Shown here: positions 48,086 to 56,848 of the stretch, one piece after another
How the letters are laid out: the number at the start of each line of letters is the position of its first letter
Numbering within the stretch: position 1 is the stretch's first letter
Assembly: GCA_965250285.1 (NCBI GenBank)
Contig: OZ252299.1
Location: 32,001-96,000 of the forward strand
Reading direction: 5' to 3'
DNA: 64,000 bases
Source of the DNA: Myxococcota bacterium
Lineage (GTDB): Bacteria; Myxococcota_A; UBA9160; UBA4427
Position numbers and translations under genes: made by a program
The notes under the pieces: generated by a model
What the model was told of the DNA's origin: nothing
Database searches by the model: none
Seen by the model: only the letters and a program-made list of their open reading frames with translations

Positions 48086-48715
48086 ATGAATTCGTTCGAC
48101 AAGGGTCCCGACATGCCGCGCGAGGTGATCGACTGGCAGGTCGACCTGCGCATGCACACGATGGAAGAGCGCGCGGGCGCCCCCCACGCTGGCGTCTGTC
48201 CGCTGGTCACCGTGCGGCACGGTCGCGGGCCCGCCGACTTCACGAGCTACTCGATCGTCTGCGGTCTACTGCCTCACCGCGACGTCCTCGAAGAGAAGAC
48301 GAAAGAGTTTCGGCAGCTCTACGAAGAGCACCAGGGGCTCGGCGCACGCGCTCTCTACGACGCCGGTCTCGAGTACCTGAAGGGCTACTACACCGACGCC
48401 TCCAAGTTCGACGCCGCGAGCATTACGACGCTGTTGCCCGAAGACGCGCCGGTGGTCGACGCGCTGAAGAAGACCCCCGAATGTGGGCTCGTCTTCTACG
48501 TGCCGGATCTGACCGAACAGCGCGACGTCTTGAAGTTTCGTTGTCTTCACATGGAGGCGTTTGCCCATGTGCTCGACTCGGGTGCCGTCTACGACAACGT
48601 GTGGTGGCACAACACGCTCTTTCACGGGATGGCCGAGGACCACGTGGTGATCCACTTCCGTCACCGCGCCACATGGGATACGCGCTTCGGTCGCCTCGAG
48701 GCGATGAGGGGCTGA
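48086..48715 (+). CDS. Uncharacterised cytoplasmic protein, possibly split beta-barrel (PNPOx-like)
   Basis: AGGAG RBS; coding-like codon usage; ..LK.TPECGLVFY.. resembles the PNPOx N.....P...L.F element; His-rich C-terminus. Confidence 0.65.
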   Translation: MNSFDKGPDMPREVIDWQVDLRMHTMEERAGAPHAGVCPLVTVRHGRGPADFTSYSIVCGLLPHRDVLEEKTKEFRQLYEEHQGLGARALYDAGLEYLKGYYTDASKFDAASITTLLPEDAPVVDALKKTPECGLVFYVPDLTEQRDVLKFRCLHMEAFAHVLDSGAVYDNVWWHNTLFHGMAEDHVVIHFRHRATWDTRFGRLEAMRG

Positions 48716-48850
48716 CCCCTGGGCCGCGATGAATCCAGCCCGCGAGCGTCCACGAGACGCCCAGCCAGCGAACAACCCTGGAGGGGGTCCGCGATGGCCC
48801 CGAGAACGCCGGCGCGAGTCGTTCGAGCCGGCGAAACGAAGGAACCGAAG

Positions 48851-49552
48851 ATGTCTGGCAAGTCGATGATGATGAAGACGGCGCTCGCTGGGGCGCTCGT
48901 TCTGGTATGGGTAGGCAGCGCGCAGGCGCTGACCGTACCGTTCGAAGAAACGTTCGAAGGCGGCGACGCAGGTTGGACCAACGCGATCAACGCGCCGCTG
49001 AACTATGTCGTCGGGGGCGGCTCTGACGGCGGCAACTACGTGTCTCAGGAGTACAACTACTTCGAGTACGAGAGCCCGTTCGGCGGTGGCCCGGTGCTGT
49101 TCCGCGCGAACGGTGGCACGGGTGCGAGCGGCGGTGCGTTCGTCGGTGACTGGCTCGCGGCGGGCGTGACCGAGGTGTCGATCCGGTTCCGGCACGACGC
49201 GCCGGTGCCGCTCGAGCTCTTCATGCGTGTGGCGACGCTGGGCAACTTTCCGGGCGCGATCGTCCCGTTCTTCGGCGTCGCACAGCCCGGGGTGTGGAAC
49301 GAGATCTCGTTTCTGGTCGACCCCGATAGCCCGGCCTGTATCCCGGAAGGCGGGACCTGCGCGGCCGCGTTCTCCAACGTGGGCAACCTGCAGTTCGGAT
49401 CGAACGCGCCCGCCGCGCTCGTCGCGACCGATCAGGCCTGGACGATCGATCTGGATCAGGTCTCGGTGATCCCCGAGCCCGGAACGGCGCTGCTCGTCGG
49501 CTGCGGTCTCGTCGCCCTCGGCGCGCGCCGCCAGCGGCCGCGGTCGGTGTAG
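48851..49552 (+). CDS. PEP-CTERM sorting-domain protein
   Basis: Signal peptide ending AQA; C-terminal VIPEPGTALLVGCGLVALGARRQR. Confidence 0.92.
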   Translation: MSGKSMMMKTALAGALVLVWVGSAQALTVPFEETFEGGDAGWTNAINAPLNYVVGGGSDGGNYVSQEYNYFEYESPFGGGPVLFRANGGTGASGGAFVGDWLAAGVTEVSIRFRHDAPVPLELFMRVATLGNFPGAIVPFFGVAQPGVWNEISFLVDPDSPACIPEGGTCAAAFSNVGNLQFGSNAPAALVATDQAWTIDLDQVSVIPEPGTALLVGCGLVALGARRQRPRSV

Positions 49553-49554
49553 TC

Positions 49555-49604
49555 CCTCGACGCGGAGACGGAGCCGCTCGAGCGGCCCCGTCTTCGCGCC
49601 GAGG
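49555..49604 (+). terminator. Long stem-loop directly after the PEP-CTERM gene (terminator or mRNA-stabilising hairpin)
   Basis: 23-position stem 49555-77 / 49582-604 with two mismatches and one G-U; loop TCGA; no U tract. Confidence 0.6.
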
Positions 49605-49642
49605 CATCCGGTGTGATTCGTGGCCGGACTCGAGAGTGAAGG

Positions 49643-50758
49643 GTGCCTGAGATGACCCAGCGAAGTGCCGCGCATTCGGCCGACAGCCAGGTCCAGCTCG
49701 ACTGGATCGATCGACTCGCTCTGCTCTGCTTCTGCGCAGCGACCGCGCTCATCGTCGTCACGATGGGCGCGGGCGAGGCGCGAGCCGAGTTCGGCGACTC
49801 GGCCGCGCCGCCCCTGCGGCTGACGGCGGACGAGGCCGATGCGCAACCGGCGGCGACCGCGCCGGCGACGACGGGGGTGCCCGACGTCGCGGCCGAAGTC
49901 GTCGCAAGCGCGGTCGATCGACCGGCACCGAGCGAGTCGGACGCAGCTGCGGGCGAGACTTCGAACGCAGCGGGCCAGGCTCTGAACGCAGCGGGCGCCG
50001 AGGGACCCGAGGCGACGCCGCCGGGGCCGGCGATCGTCGTCGAGGAGGAGGAGCTCATCGGCGCGTCGGCGGCATCGGCGGCTCGAACGGCGCCCGACGT
50101 GTCTGCGGCTCCCGTAGACACGATCGTGCCCGATGAGATCGAGCGTCGAATCGTGCAAGGCGGCTGGGTGATGGGCGCGCTGTTCGGGTGCTCGCTCCTC
50201 GTCGTGGCCGTGGCCGTCGAACGGTGCATCGCAACGCGACGCGCGCTCGTCTGGCCTGCGCGGCTCGAGGCGCTGATCTCGCGCGCCGACGGCGTCGATC
50301 GAGACGCCCTGCGTGTCGAGGTCAAGTCGGGCGCCTCGGTGGGTGAACTGCTCGTGCGAGCCGGTCTTCGTGCGGAGGAGAACGGCGCCGCGGATGCGGC
50401 CGGCGTCGTTGCGGAGATCGGTTTGCGCGAGGTCGCTCGACTGCGCACGGGCCTGCCCCTGCTCGCCACGCTGGCGAACATGGCGACGATGCTGGGCCTC
50501 TTCGGCACCGTGCTCGGAATGATCGATGCATTCGAGCTGATCGCGGCGCAGGGGACGGGCGATCCTCGGGTCGTGGCCGACGGCATCTTCAAGGCGCTGG
50601 TGACGACCGCGGCCGGGCTCGGGATCGGCATCACCGCGCTGGCCATCCACGCCGCGCTCGGTGCCCGTGTGAATGGGCGGGTGCGTGAGCTCGAAGACGG
50701 CTTGGGTGCGATCTTCGACCCCGCTGCGGCCGCTCCGTCCCCGGCGAACGCGTCGTGA
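49643..50758 (+). CDS. exbB: MotA/TolQ/ExbB proton channel with long N-terminal extension
   Basis: GGWVM..L, LATLA..A.MLGLFGTV.GMI.AF, GI..ALVTTAAGL. Confidence 0.92.
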   Translation: MPEMTQRSAAHSADSQVQLDWIDRLALLCFCAATALIVVTMGAGEARAEFGDSAAPPLRLTADEADAQPAATAPATTGVPDVAAEVVASAVDRPAPSESDAAAGETSNAAGQALNAAGAEGPEATPPGPAIVVEEEELIGASAASAARTAPDVSAAPVDTIVPDEIERRIVQGGWVMGALFGCSLLVVAVAVERCIATRRALVWPARLEALISRADGVDRDALRVEVKSGASVGELLVRAGLRAEENGAADAAGVVAEIGLREVARLRTGLPLLATLANMATMLGLFGTVLGMIDAFELIAAQGTGDPRVVADGIFKALVTTAAGLGIGITALAIHAALGARVNGRVRELEDGLGAIFDPAAAAPSPANAS

Positions 50759-51171
50759 AGCTCGACGCGCCGGTCGAGAACGATCCCAGCCTGGGCGTCG
50801 CACCGCTGCTCGACATCGTCTTCCTGCTGCTCGTGTTCTTCATGGTGACGACCAGCTTCACGACGGCCGAGCTGCCCCTCGATCTCGCCGATGCTGAGAG
50901 CGCTGCGGCCAACCCCGATCCGCAAGAGCCCCTGATGGTCGAGATTTCGGTCGAGGGGGTCCCCCACATCGACGGCGAGCCGGTCGAGGAGGTCGCGCTC
51001 ACCGGGATCATCGAGGCGCGATCGGAGTCGGGCGAGACGCGCATCGTCGTGCGCGCCGACGAAGCCACGCCCCACGGCGCCGTCGTCGGCGTGCTCGACC
51101 TGGCGCGCAGCGGCGGGCTGCGCGACGTGGCGATCGCGGTCGACGCGCCGGCAGCGGCCGCCGCTCCTTAG
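50755..51171 (+). CDS. exbD: Biopolymer transporter ExbD
   Basis: APLLDIVFLLLVFFMVTT; RAD....G.VV.VLD. Confidence 0.94.
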   Translation: MKLDAPVENDPSLGVAPLLDIVFLLLVFFMVTTSFTTAELPLDLADAESAAANPDPQEPLMVEISVEGVPHIDGEPVEEVALTGIIEARSESGETRIVVRADEATPHGAVVGVLDLARSGGLRDVAIAVDAPAAAAAP

Positions 51172-52367
51172 GAGCGGTCGTCGCGCCTCTGGCTGCGCTG
51201 CTTCACGTCCTCGTAGGTGAAGCGCGGGCGGCCGCTTCGATTCACGTCGGCGGGGGCGAGCGCCCCGATCCGTTCGAACCGCCCTTCATCGAGGGCGCGC
51301 CGAAAACCGACGATGCGCGCGCGCAGGTCGTCGGGCTTGCCCGTGCCGCCCGAGCCGAGTCCGTCGGTCACGAAGTGGTTGACCGTGGCCTGAAAGCCGA
51401 GACGCGCCAACAGCTTCGGGCTGGCCCGGTCGAGCACGTCGGGGTGGACCGTCAGCTGCCAGTTCTCCTGGGTCGTCATCCAGGGCTTCACACAGCTGTT
51501 GGTGAGGATGATGCGTTCGTGGTCGCTGCGGTTGGCGCCCGTCCCGTGCAGCAACCGGCCGTCCATGAGCAGCACGGTCCCGGCCGGTGCCTCGGTATTG
51601 ATCGCAGGCGGCAGGGCACCCACGGCTTCTCGACGCGTCACGGCTTCTGCGATCGTGCGGTGTGAACCCGGGATCACGAGCGTGCCGCCATTTCGCTCAT
51701 CGACATCGTCGAGCAGGCTGATCACGTTGACCAGCACAGGCGCTTCGACCATCACCCAGGGCAGGATCGCCGTTTGATCGAGATGCAGACCCTGCGGATG
51801 ACACCCCGAGAACGCGATGTTCGAAATGAAGCTGTAGAAGCGAAAGCCGGGACCGAGCGTCTCCTTCAACATCTGCTCGACGAGGGCGGACGCCTGCATC
51901 GCCTCGGGGTCGAACTCGAGCACGCGCCCGAAGATCTCGCCCTTGTTGATCAGGGACCACACGAGCTGCAGGAAGGGCGTCGGCTCGGAGAGCTTCGCGA
52001 TGCGCTCGGCCTCGGCCTGCTCGGCGACGCGAGTGCGCAGCATGTCGGTCTGTGCAGCCGAGTATCCCTGCTCGACCAGCGCATAGCCCCACGCGTGCAG
52101 ATCGTGGCGAATGCGGTCGATGTCCTTCGTCGGCCGGGGCAGGTCGACGTGCTTCCAATGCGGGTGCTTTCGGCCTGTCGTGGTGTCCCAGTACCCGCCC
52201 GACTCGGGCAGAGGCTTCGCGTAGTCGGGGGGCTGAAGCCAGGGGTTGTTCGCGATCATCGACGCATAGGGCTCACGCGAGCTCAGGAACGGCACATAGG
52301 CCTGGTCGGCCCCATCGCCCGATCGGGCGCGCACGTGCTCGGGTGTGAACTCTTCGGGGATGCTCAA
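51168..52367 (-). CDS. Phytanoyl-CoA dioxygenase family protein (Fe(II)/2-oxoglutarate)
   Basis: QGLHLD, NGGTLVIPGSH, AGTVLLMDGRLLHGTGAN. Confidence 0.88.
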   Translation of the reverse strand: MSIPEEFTPEHVRARSGDGADQAYVPFLSSREPYASMIANNPWLQPPDYAKPLPESGGYWDTTTGRKHPHWKHVDLPRPTKDIDRIRHDLHAWGYALVEQGYSAAQTDMLRTRVAEQAEAERIAKLSEPTPFLQLVWSLINKGEIFGRVLEFDPEAMQASALVEQMLKETLGPGFRFYSFISNIAFSGCHPQGLHLDQTAILPWVMVEAPVLVNVISLLDDVDERNGGTLVIPGSHRTIAEAVTRREAVGALPPAINTEAPAGTVLLMDGRLLHGTGANRSDHERIILTNSCVKPWMTTQENWQLTVHPDVLDRASPKLLARLGFQATVNHFVTDGLGSGGTGKPDDLRARIVGFRRALDEGRFERIGALAPADVNRSGRPRFTYEDVKQRSQRRDDRS

Positions 52368-52403
52368 CGCGACCTCCGAATTCGGTGGCGCGGACAGGAG
52401 CGC

Positions 52404-53162
52404 CTACTGAAGCCCCATCGCCTGACCGCCGTCGATGGGCACGGCGGCGCCCGTCATGAAGCGGGCGTGTTCGCTGCACAGGAACGCGGCGACATGGCCG
52501 AAGTCGCGCGGGTCGCCGATCTCGCCGGCCGGGACGCCCTTGGCCAGGTCGGTCACCGCACCCGGACTCATCTGGCTGAGCCGGTCGGTCAGGTGCACGC
52601 CGGGCTGAACCGAGTTCACGGTCACGCCCCGCGGCGCGACCTCGGTCGCCAGCGTCTTGAGAAAACCCGTCACACCGGCCCGCGCCGTGTTGGACAGGAT
52701 CAGTGTCCCGATCGGCTGCCTCACCGAGATCGACGTGATCGCAACGACACGCCCCCAGCCGCGCTCACACATGTCGGGCACCGCCGCCTTGCACATCGCC
52801 ACGGTCGACAGCAGGTTCAGCTCGAGCGCGGGCAGATAGGCGTCGAGGTCGGTCGACGCGAAGCCACCGAGCGGCGGCCCACCCGCATTCGGCACGAGAA
52901 TGTCGATCTCGCCGAGCGCCTTGGTCGCCTGTGCGACGAAGTCGGTGGCGCCCTCGGGCGTGCTCACGTCGGCGATGAGCGGCGTCGCGAGCTCGCCCAT
53001 CTCGTCGGCGGCCGCCTGCACGCGTGCGCCGTCGCGACCGCAGATGGCGACCTGCACGCCCGCCTCGACCAATGCTCGCGCGGTGTGCATGCCGAGTCCG
53101 GCCGACGAGCCGGCGACGGCCGCACGCCGCCCAGCGATTCCGAGATCCATCTTGGCTCCCAT
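52404..53162 (-). CDS. SDR family oxidoreductase (atypical, no catalytic Tyr)
   Basis: GSSAGLG, NAGGPP, LSNTARAG. Confidence 0.9.
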   Translation of the reverse strand: MGAKMDLGIAGRRAAVAGSSAGLGMHTARALVEAGVQVAICGRDGARVQAAADEMGELATPLIADVSTPEGATDFVAQATKALGEIDILVPNAGGPPLGGFASTDLDAYLPALELNLLSTVAMCKAAVPDMCERGWGRVVAITSISVRQPIGTLILSNTARAGVTGFLKTLATEVAPRGVTVNSVQPGVHLTDRLSQMSPGAVTDLAKGVPAGEIGDPRDFGHVAAFLCSEHARFMTGAAVPIDGGQAMGLQ

Positions 53163-53304
53163 GTCGTGGCGGCACCGGTGCGTGGGCCGCGCGATTTCGT
53201 CGAGCCGACCCGTGCCGGCCCGACCGATTGTCGCTCAGGTGAGCGCGTTGCAAAGCCCCCGTCGACCCTCTCGCCGGTCGGCAGGTCGGGTCGAGTCGCT
53301 CCGC

Positions 53305-54069
53305 TCAGGCGAACGTGACGCCGAGCCCGAGGCCGCCGTCGACCTCGAGCACTGCGCCCGTCGTCCACTCGGCGCGGGCCAGGTACTCGATCGCCTCGGC
53401 GATCTCTTCGGGCGTACCGATGCGGCCGAGCGCGTGCATCCCCGACATGCCTTCGAGGCGTTCGCGGGCGGCCTGGTCGTCGAACAGGCCGGCGCGCTGG
53501 TTGATCTCGGTCAGGACGGCGCCCGGAACGACGCAGCCGACGCGAATCCCCGCACCCCCGAGCTCGGCCGCCAGCACCTTCGTGAGGGCTTCGAGCGCGC
53601 CCTTGGTTGCGGCGTAGGGAGAAGCGCCCGGAAAGGCGCGTCGGTTGTGCACCGAGCCGATGAAGATCACGCAGCCGTTCGCATCGGCGAGCGCGTCGTG
53701 CGCGGCGCGGGTCAGCATCATGCCGCCGACGACGTTCGAGTTGAAGACGTCGAGCAGCGCCTGCTCGCTGTACTCGGTGACCGCCTGACGCAGCATGTTG
53801 CCGGCATTGTTCACGAGCAGGTCGAGACGACCCCCGTGCTCGGTCGCGCGAGCGACCATCGCCGTGCGATCGGCCTCGTTCGTGACGTCCCCGGCCACCG
53901 CGGCGCAGCCGGCGCCGATGTCCCGGGCGACCGCCTCGATCTTGTCGGGTCGCCTGCCGCTGATCGTGACGCGCGCCCCCCGCGCTGCGAAGTGTCGCGC
54001 CATCCCTTCACCCAGCCCCGAGCCTCCGCCCGTGATGAGCACGTTCATGCCTTCGATCGGGCGCATCAA
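53305..54069 (-). CDS. SDR family oxidoreductase
   Basis: TGGGSGLG, NNAG and YAATK motifs. Confidence 0.92.
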   Translation of the reverse strand: MMRPIEGMNVLITGGGSGLGEGMARHFAARGARVTISGRRPDKIEAVARDIGAGCAAVAGDVTNEADRTAMVARATEHGGRLDLLVNNAGNMLRQAVTEYSEQALLDVFNSNVVGGMMLTRAAHDALADANGCVIFIGSVHNRRAFPGASPYAATKGALEALTKVLAAELGGAGIRVGCVVPGAVLTEINQRAGLFDDQAARERLEGMSGMHALGRIGTPEEIAEAIEYLARAEWTTGAVLEVDGGLGLGVTFA

Positions 54070-54788
54070 TGGTCTCCGATTTCTGCGTCGCGACCGAGCA
54101 ACCAGAGCGCGGCGCGGGCGAGGATGCGTGCATGCGTGGGCTCGATCAGCGACGCCACGTCGTGTCCGAGGGCGTCGTAGACGACCCGACCCGCGCCGTA
54201 CGGGCGCGCCCAGAGCAGCGGCTGAGGTGGCGCGCCGTCGCCGGGCAACGCCTCGATCAGCCCTCGCACGTCGTCGCGCAGCGACAGCCGCGTGTAGACC
54301 TCATCGTTCAGCTCGAACGCGCCGGTGCCGGCGGTGATCGGGTGTGCGTCGTCGGTCGGTGTCACGCGAACCGGGCCGAGCGGCGGATGATAGGACTCGC
54401 CCCAGACCCAATCGGCGCCGAGCACATCGCCCCAGCCCGACCACGAATCGAAGCAGATGGAGGCCGTGTGCAGGCCGAGCAGACCGCCGCCCCCCTCGAC
54501 ATGCTCTGAGATCGTCTTGCGGCCGGCCTCCGACAGCTCGAAGAACCACTCGTCGCGGTAGAGGTCGTACTTCTCGCCCGCCATGCGCCAGCGCAGCAGA
54601 TTGACGGTCAGCAGGTCGGGCCGCGTCTCGCGCGCGTGCGCGAGACCCGCCTCGACGTCGTCGAAGATCATCGTCTCGACGCCGAGCGAGGCCAGCGACT
54701 GCGAGAGATGCGACGACGTGCCGTGGAACGGGTGGAAGATGCCGCCCGTGACGAGCACGTTCTTCTGCGGTCGGTCGGGCGCAGTCAT
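54066..54788 (-). CDS. ThuA-like domain protein (class I glutamine amidotransferase-like fold)
   Basis: GGGLLGLH, HP, HPIT, DEVY, WARPYGAGRVVY.ALGH. Confidence 0.85.
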   Translation of the reverse strand: MTAPDRPQKNVLVTGGIFHPFHGTSSHLSQSLASLGVETMIFDDVEAGLAHARETRPDLLTVNLLRWRMAGEKYDLYRDEWFFELSEAGRKTISEHVEGGGGLLGLHTASICFDSWSGWGDVLGADWVWGESYHPPLGPVRVTPTDDAHPITAGTGAFELNDEVYTRLSLRDDVRGLIEALPGDGAPPQPLLWARPYGAGRVVYDALGHDVASLIEPTHARILARAALWLLGRDAEIGDH

Positions 54789-55552
54789 TCGGTCTGCTCG
54801 ACGCTCTTCGGTCGCGGCAGCTGGCCGATGATGCCCATCGTCACGCCGCCGTCGACGAGCAGGTTCTGGCCCGTGATGTAGCTCGCGCCCTCGCCGGCGA
54901 GAAAGAGCACCGCGTCGGCGATGTCGTCGGGCACGCCGAGGCGGCCGAGCGGCACCTTTGACTCGCGCGCCTGGCGGGTCTCGGGGTCGGCGTAGATCGG
55001 CGCCGACATGCCGCCGTCGATCAGCCCTGGCGCAACCGCATTGACGCGGACGCCTTGCGGTCCCCACTCGAACGCCATCTGCTGGGTGAGCAGGGCCACG
55101 CCGGCCTTGGTCGAGCCATAGGCGCCGGCATTCGGACCCGGAGCGACGCCGTTCATCGACGTCACGTTCACGATGGCCCCGCCACCCCGGGCGACCATAC
55201 GTTTCGCGGCGGCCCGCGCGACCACGAACGTGCCGGTGAGGTTGACGTCGACGACCGCGCGCCAATCCGAGGTCGAGAGGTCGAGCAGCGGACCGAAACG
55301 CACGATGCCCGCGTTGTTGACGACGAGGTCGGGCACGTCGCCGAACGCGTCGAACGCCGCTTCGACGGCCGGCTCGTCGCTCACGTCGGCGACGAGCGGC
55401 ATCGCGCCCTCGATGCGCGCCGCGCAGGCCTCGGTCGGCTCACGCATCAGATCCAGCACGCCGACGCGATAGCCGGCCGCGGCGCAGCGCTCGGCGATGC
55501 GCGCGCCCAGGCCGGCCGCGGCGCCGGTGACGATGGCGGTCGGGGTGGTCAC
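54785..55552 (-). CDS. SDR family oxidoreductase
   Basis: TGAAAGLG, NNAG and YGSTK motifs; 4-bp overlaps at both ends. Confidence 0.92.
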   Translation of the reverse strand: MTTPTAIVTGAAAGLGARIAERCAAAGYRVGVLDLMREPTEACAARIEGAMPLVADVSDEPAVEAAFDAFGDVPDLVVNNAGIVRFGPLLDLSTSDWRAVVDVNLTGTFVVARAAAKRMVARGGGAIVNVTSMNGVAPGPNAGAYGSTKAGVALLTQQMAFEWGPQGVRVNAVAPGLIDGGMSAPIYADPETRQARESKVPLGRLGVPDDIADAVLFLAGEGASYITGQNLLVDGGVTMGIIGQLPRPKSVEQTE

Positions 55553-56838
55553 GAGAGCGGGGCCTCCGGTGGGTGGGCGTTCGAAGAGGGCGGCTTCGCC
55601 TCGTCCGCGACGGCGAGTGTGGCGTCGAAGCGAACCGGGTAGCGGCCCCAGTTGCCTCGGCTGGTCGCCGCATCGCGCGTCGCTGGGTCTTCTGGGTCGG
55701 GCCGCGCGCCGCGCTGCAACAGCGTCCAGGCGAGGCGGGGCACGGTGCCGAGCAGGTGTCCCTCGTCGTGCTCGCGCGATGAACCCGGCACGAGACCGGC
55801 CGCGAGATCCTGGCCGAGACAGGCGTGCAGGCCCGTCCCGAACCCGAGGCCGAAGGGTTTCTGGCCTTCGGCGATCTCGCGCTCGGGGTCGAAGAGGTCG
55901 GGGTTTCGGCCGAACACGTCGGGGCTGCGGTTCGCGTACTGCAGCTCGAGGACGACGAGGTCTTCGGGCCCGAGCTCGATGCCATCCGGGTGATCGCGGC
56001 ACTCGAAGCGAATGCGCTTCGTCGGGCGCCGCCACGCCACCGGACTTGCCGGATGCAGACGCATCGCCTCGTGCACGCAGCGCTGCACGAAGATCGGATC
56101 GCGCTGGAGGCGCTCGGCATCGGCCGGTCGCGCCTCGATCCACATGAAGAGCGCATGCATCGCGTGAGCGGTTGAGTTGACCGTGCTGTGCGCGCCGGCT
56201 TGCAGATAGAAGGCGATCTCGCGTCGGAGCGTCTCGTACGGCAGATGGAGCGCGTCTTCGTTGCGCAGCAGCACCGTGAGGACGTCTTTCGGGAGCGCCT
56301 CCTCGTCGATCGCTCCGGCTTCGAAGCGGTCGATGAGCGCGCGGCGGCGCTCGATCGAATCGCCGAGAAAACGCGCCTCGAGCACGTCGAGGGCCTCGAC
56401 GCACTCGGCCCGCACCTCGTCCTTGTCGCGGGTCGAGTGGACGAGGGTTGCCCCTTCGCTGAACTTGCGGACGAGCGCGAGCAGCGCGTCGGTCGCGTCG
56501 TCGTCGCCGGCGGGCAGGTCGACGCCCGAGAAGTGCGCCGTGAAGTTCATCGAGGTGCGATAGCCGAGCTCGATCAGGTCGGCGTGGCCCACGGCGAGGA
56601 AGGGCGCGAGGCTTCGTTCGATCAGCTGAGGGATCACCTCGCGCTCGTAGTACGCGAACACACTGCGATTGAACACGCGATTGACGAGCTTTCGGCGGGC
56701 CTTGTGCTCGGCGCCGTGCAGGTTCAGCAGCACGTCCTTCATCACGACCCAGCCTTCGTCGTACATCGCCTGTCGCAGATCGCGGTGGCGATACGCGCGG
56801 ACGAGGTCGTCGAACGTGGTGAGGGTGAGGGTGGTCAA
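55549..56838 (-). CDS. Cytochrome P450
   Basis: H...R, EAMR (ExxR), ANR.P..F, FGTGLHACLG heme-thiolate motif. Confidence 0.93.
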   Translation of the reverse strand: MTTLTLTTFDDLVRAYRHRDLRQAMYDEGWVVMKDVLLNLHGAEHKARRKLVNRVFNRSVFAYYEREVIPQLIERSLAPFLAVGHADLIELGYRTSMNFTAHFSGVDLPAGDDDATDALLALVRKFSEGATLVHSTRDKDEVRAECVEALDVLEARFLGDSIERRRALIDRFEAGAIDEEALPKDVLTVLLRNEDALHLPYETLRREIAFYLQAGAHSTVNSTAHAMHALFMWIEARPADAERLQRDPIFVQRCVHEAMRLHPASPVAWRRPTKRIRFECRDHPDGIELGPEDLVVLELQYANRSPDVFGRNPDLFDPEREIAEGQKPFGLGFGTGLHACLGQDLAAGLVPGSSREHDEGHLLGTVPRLAWTLLQRGARPDPEDPATRDAATSRGNWGRYPVRFDATLAVADEAKPPSSNAHPPEAPLS

Positions 56839-56848
56839 CGCACCGCGC

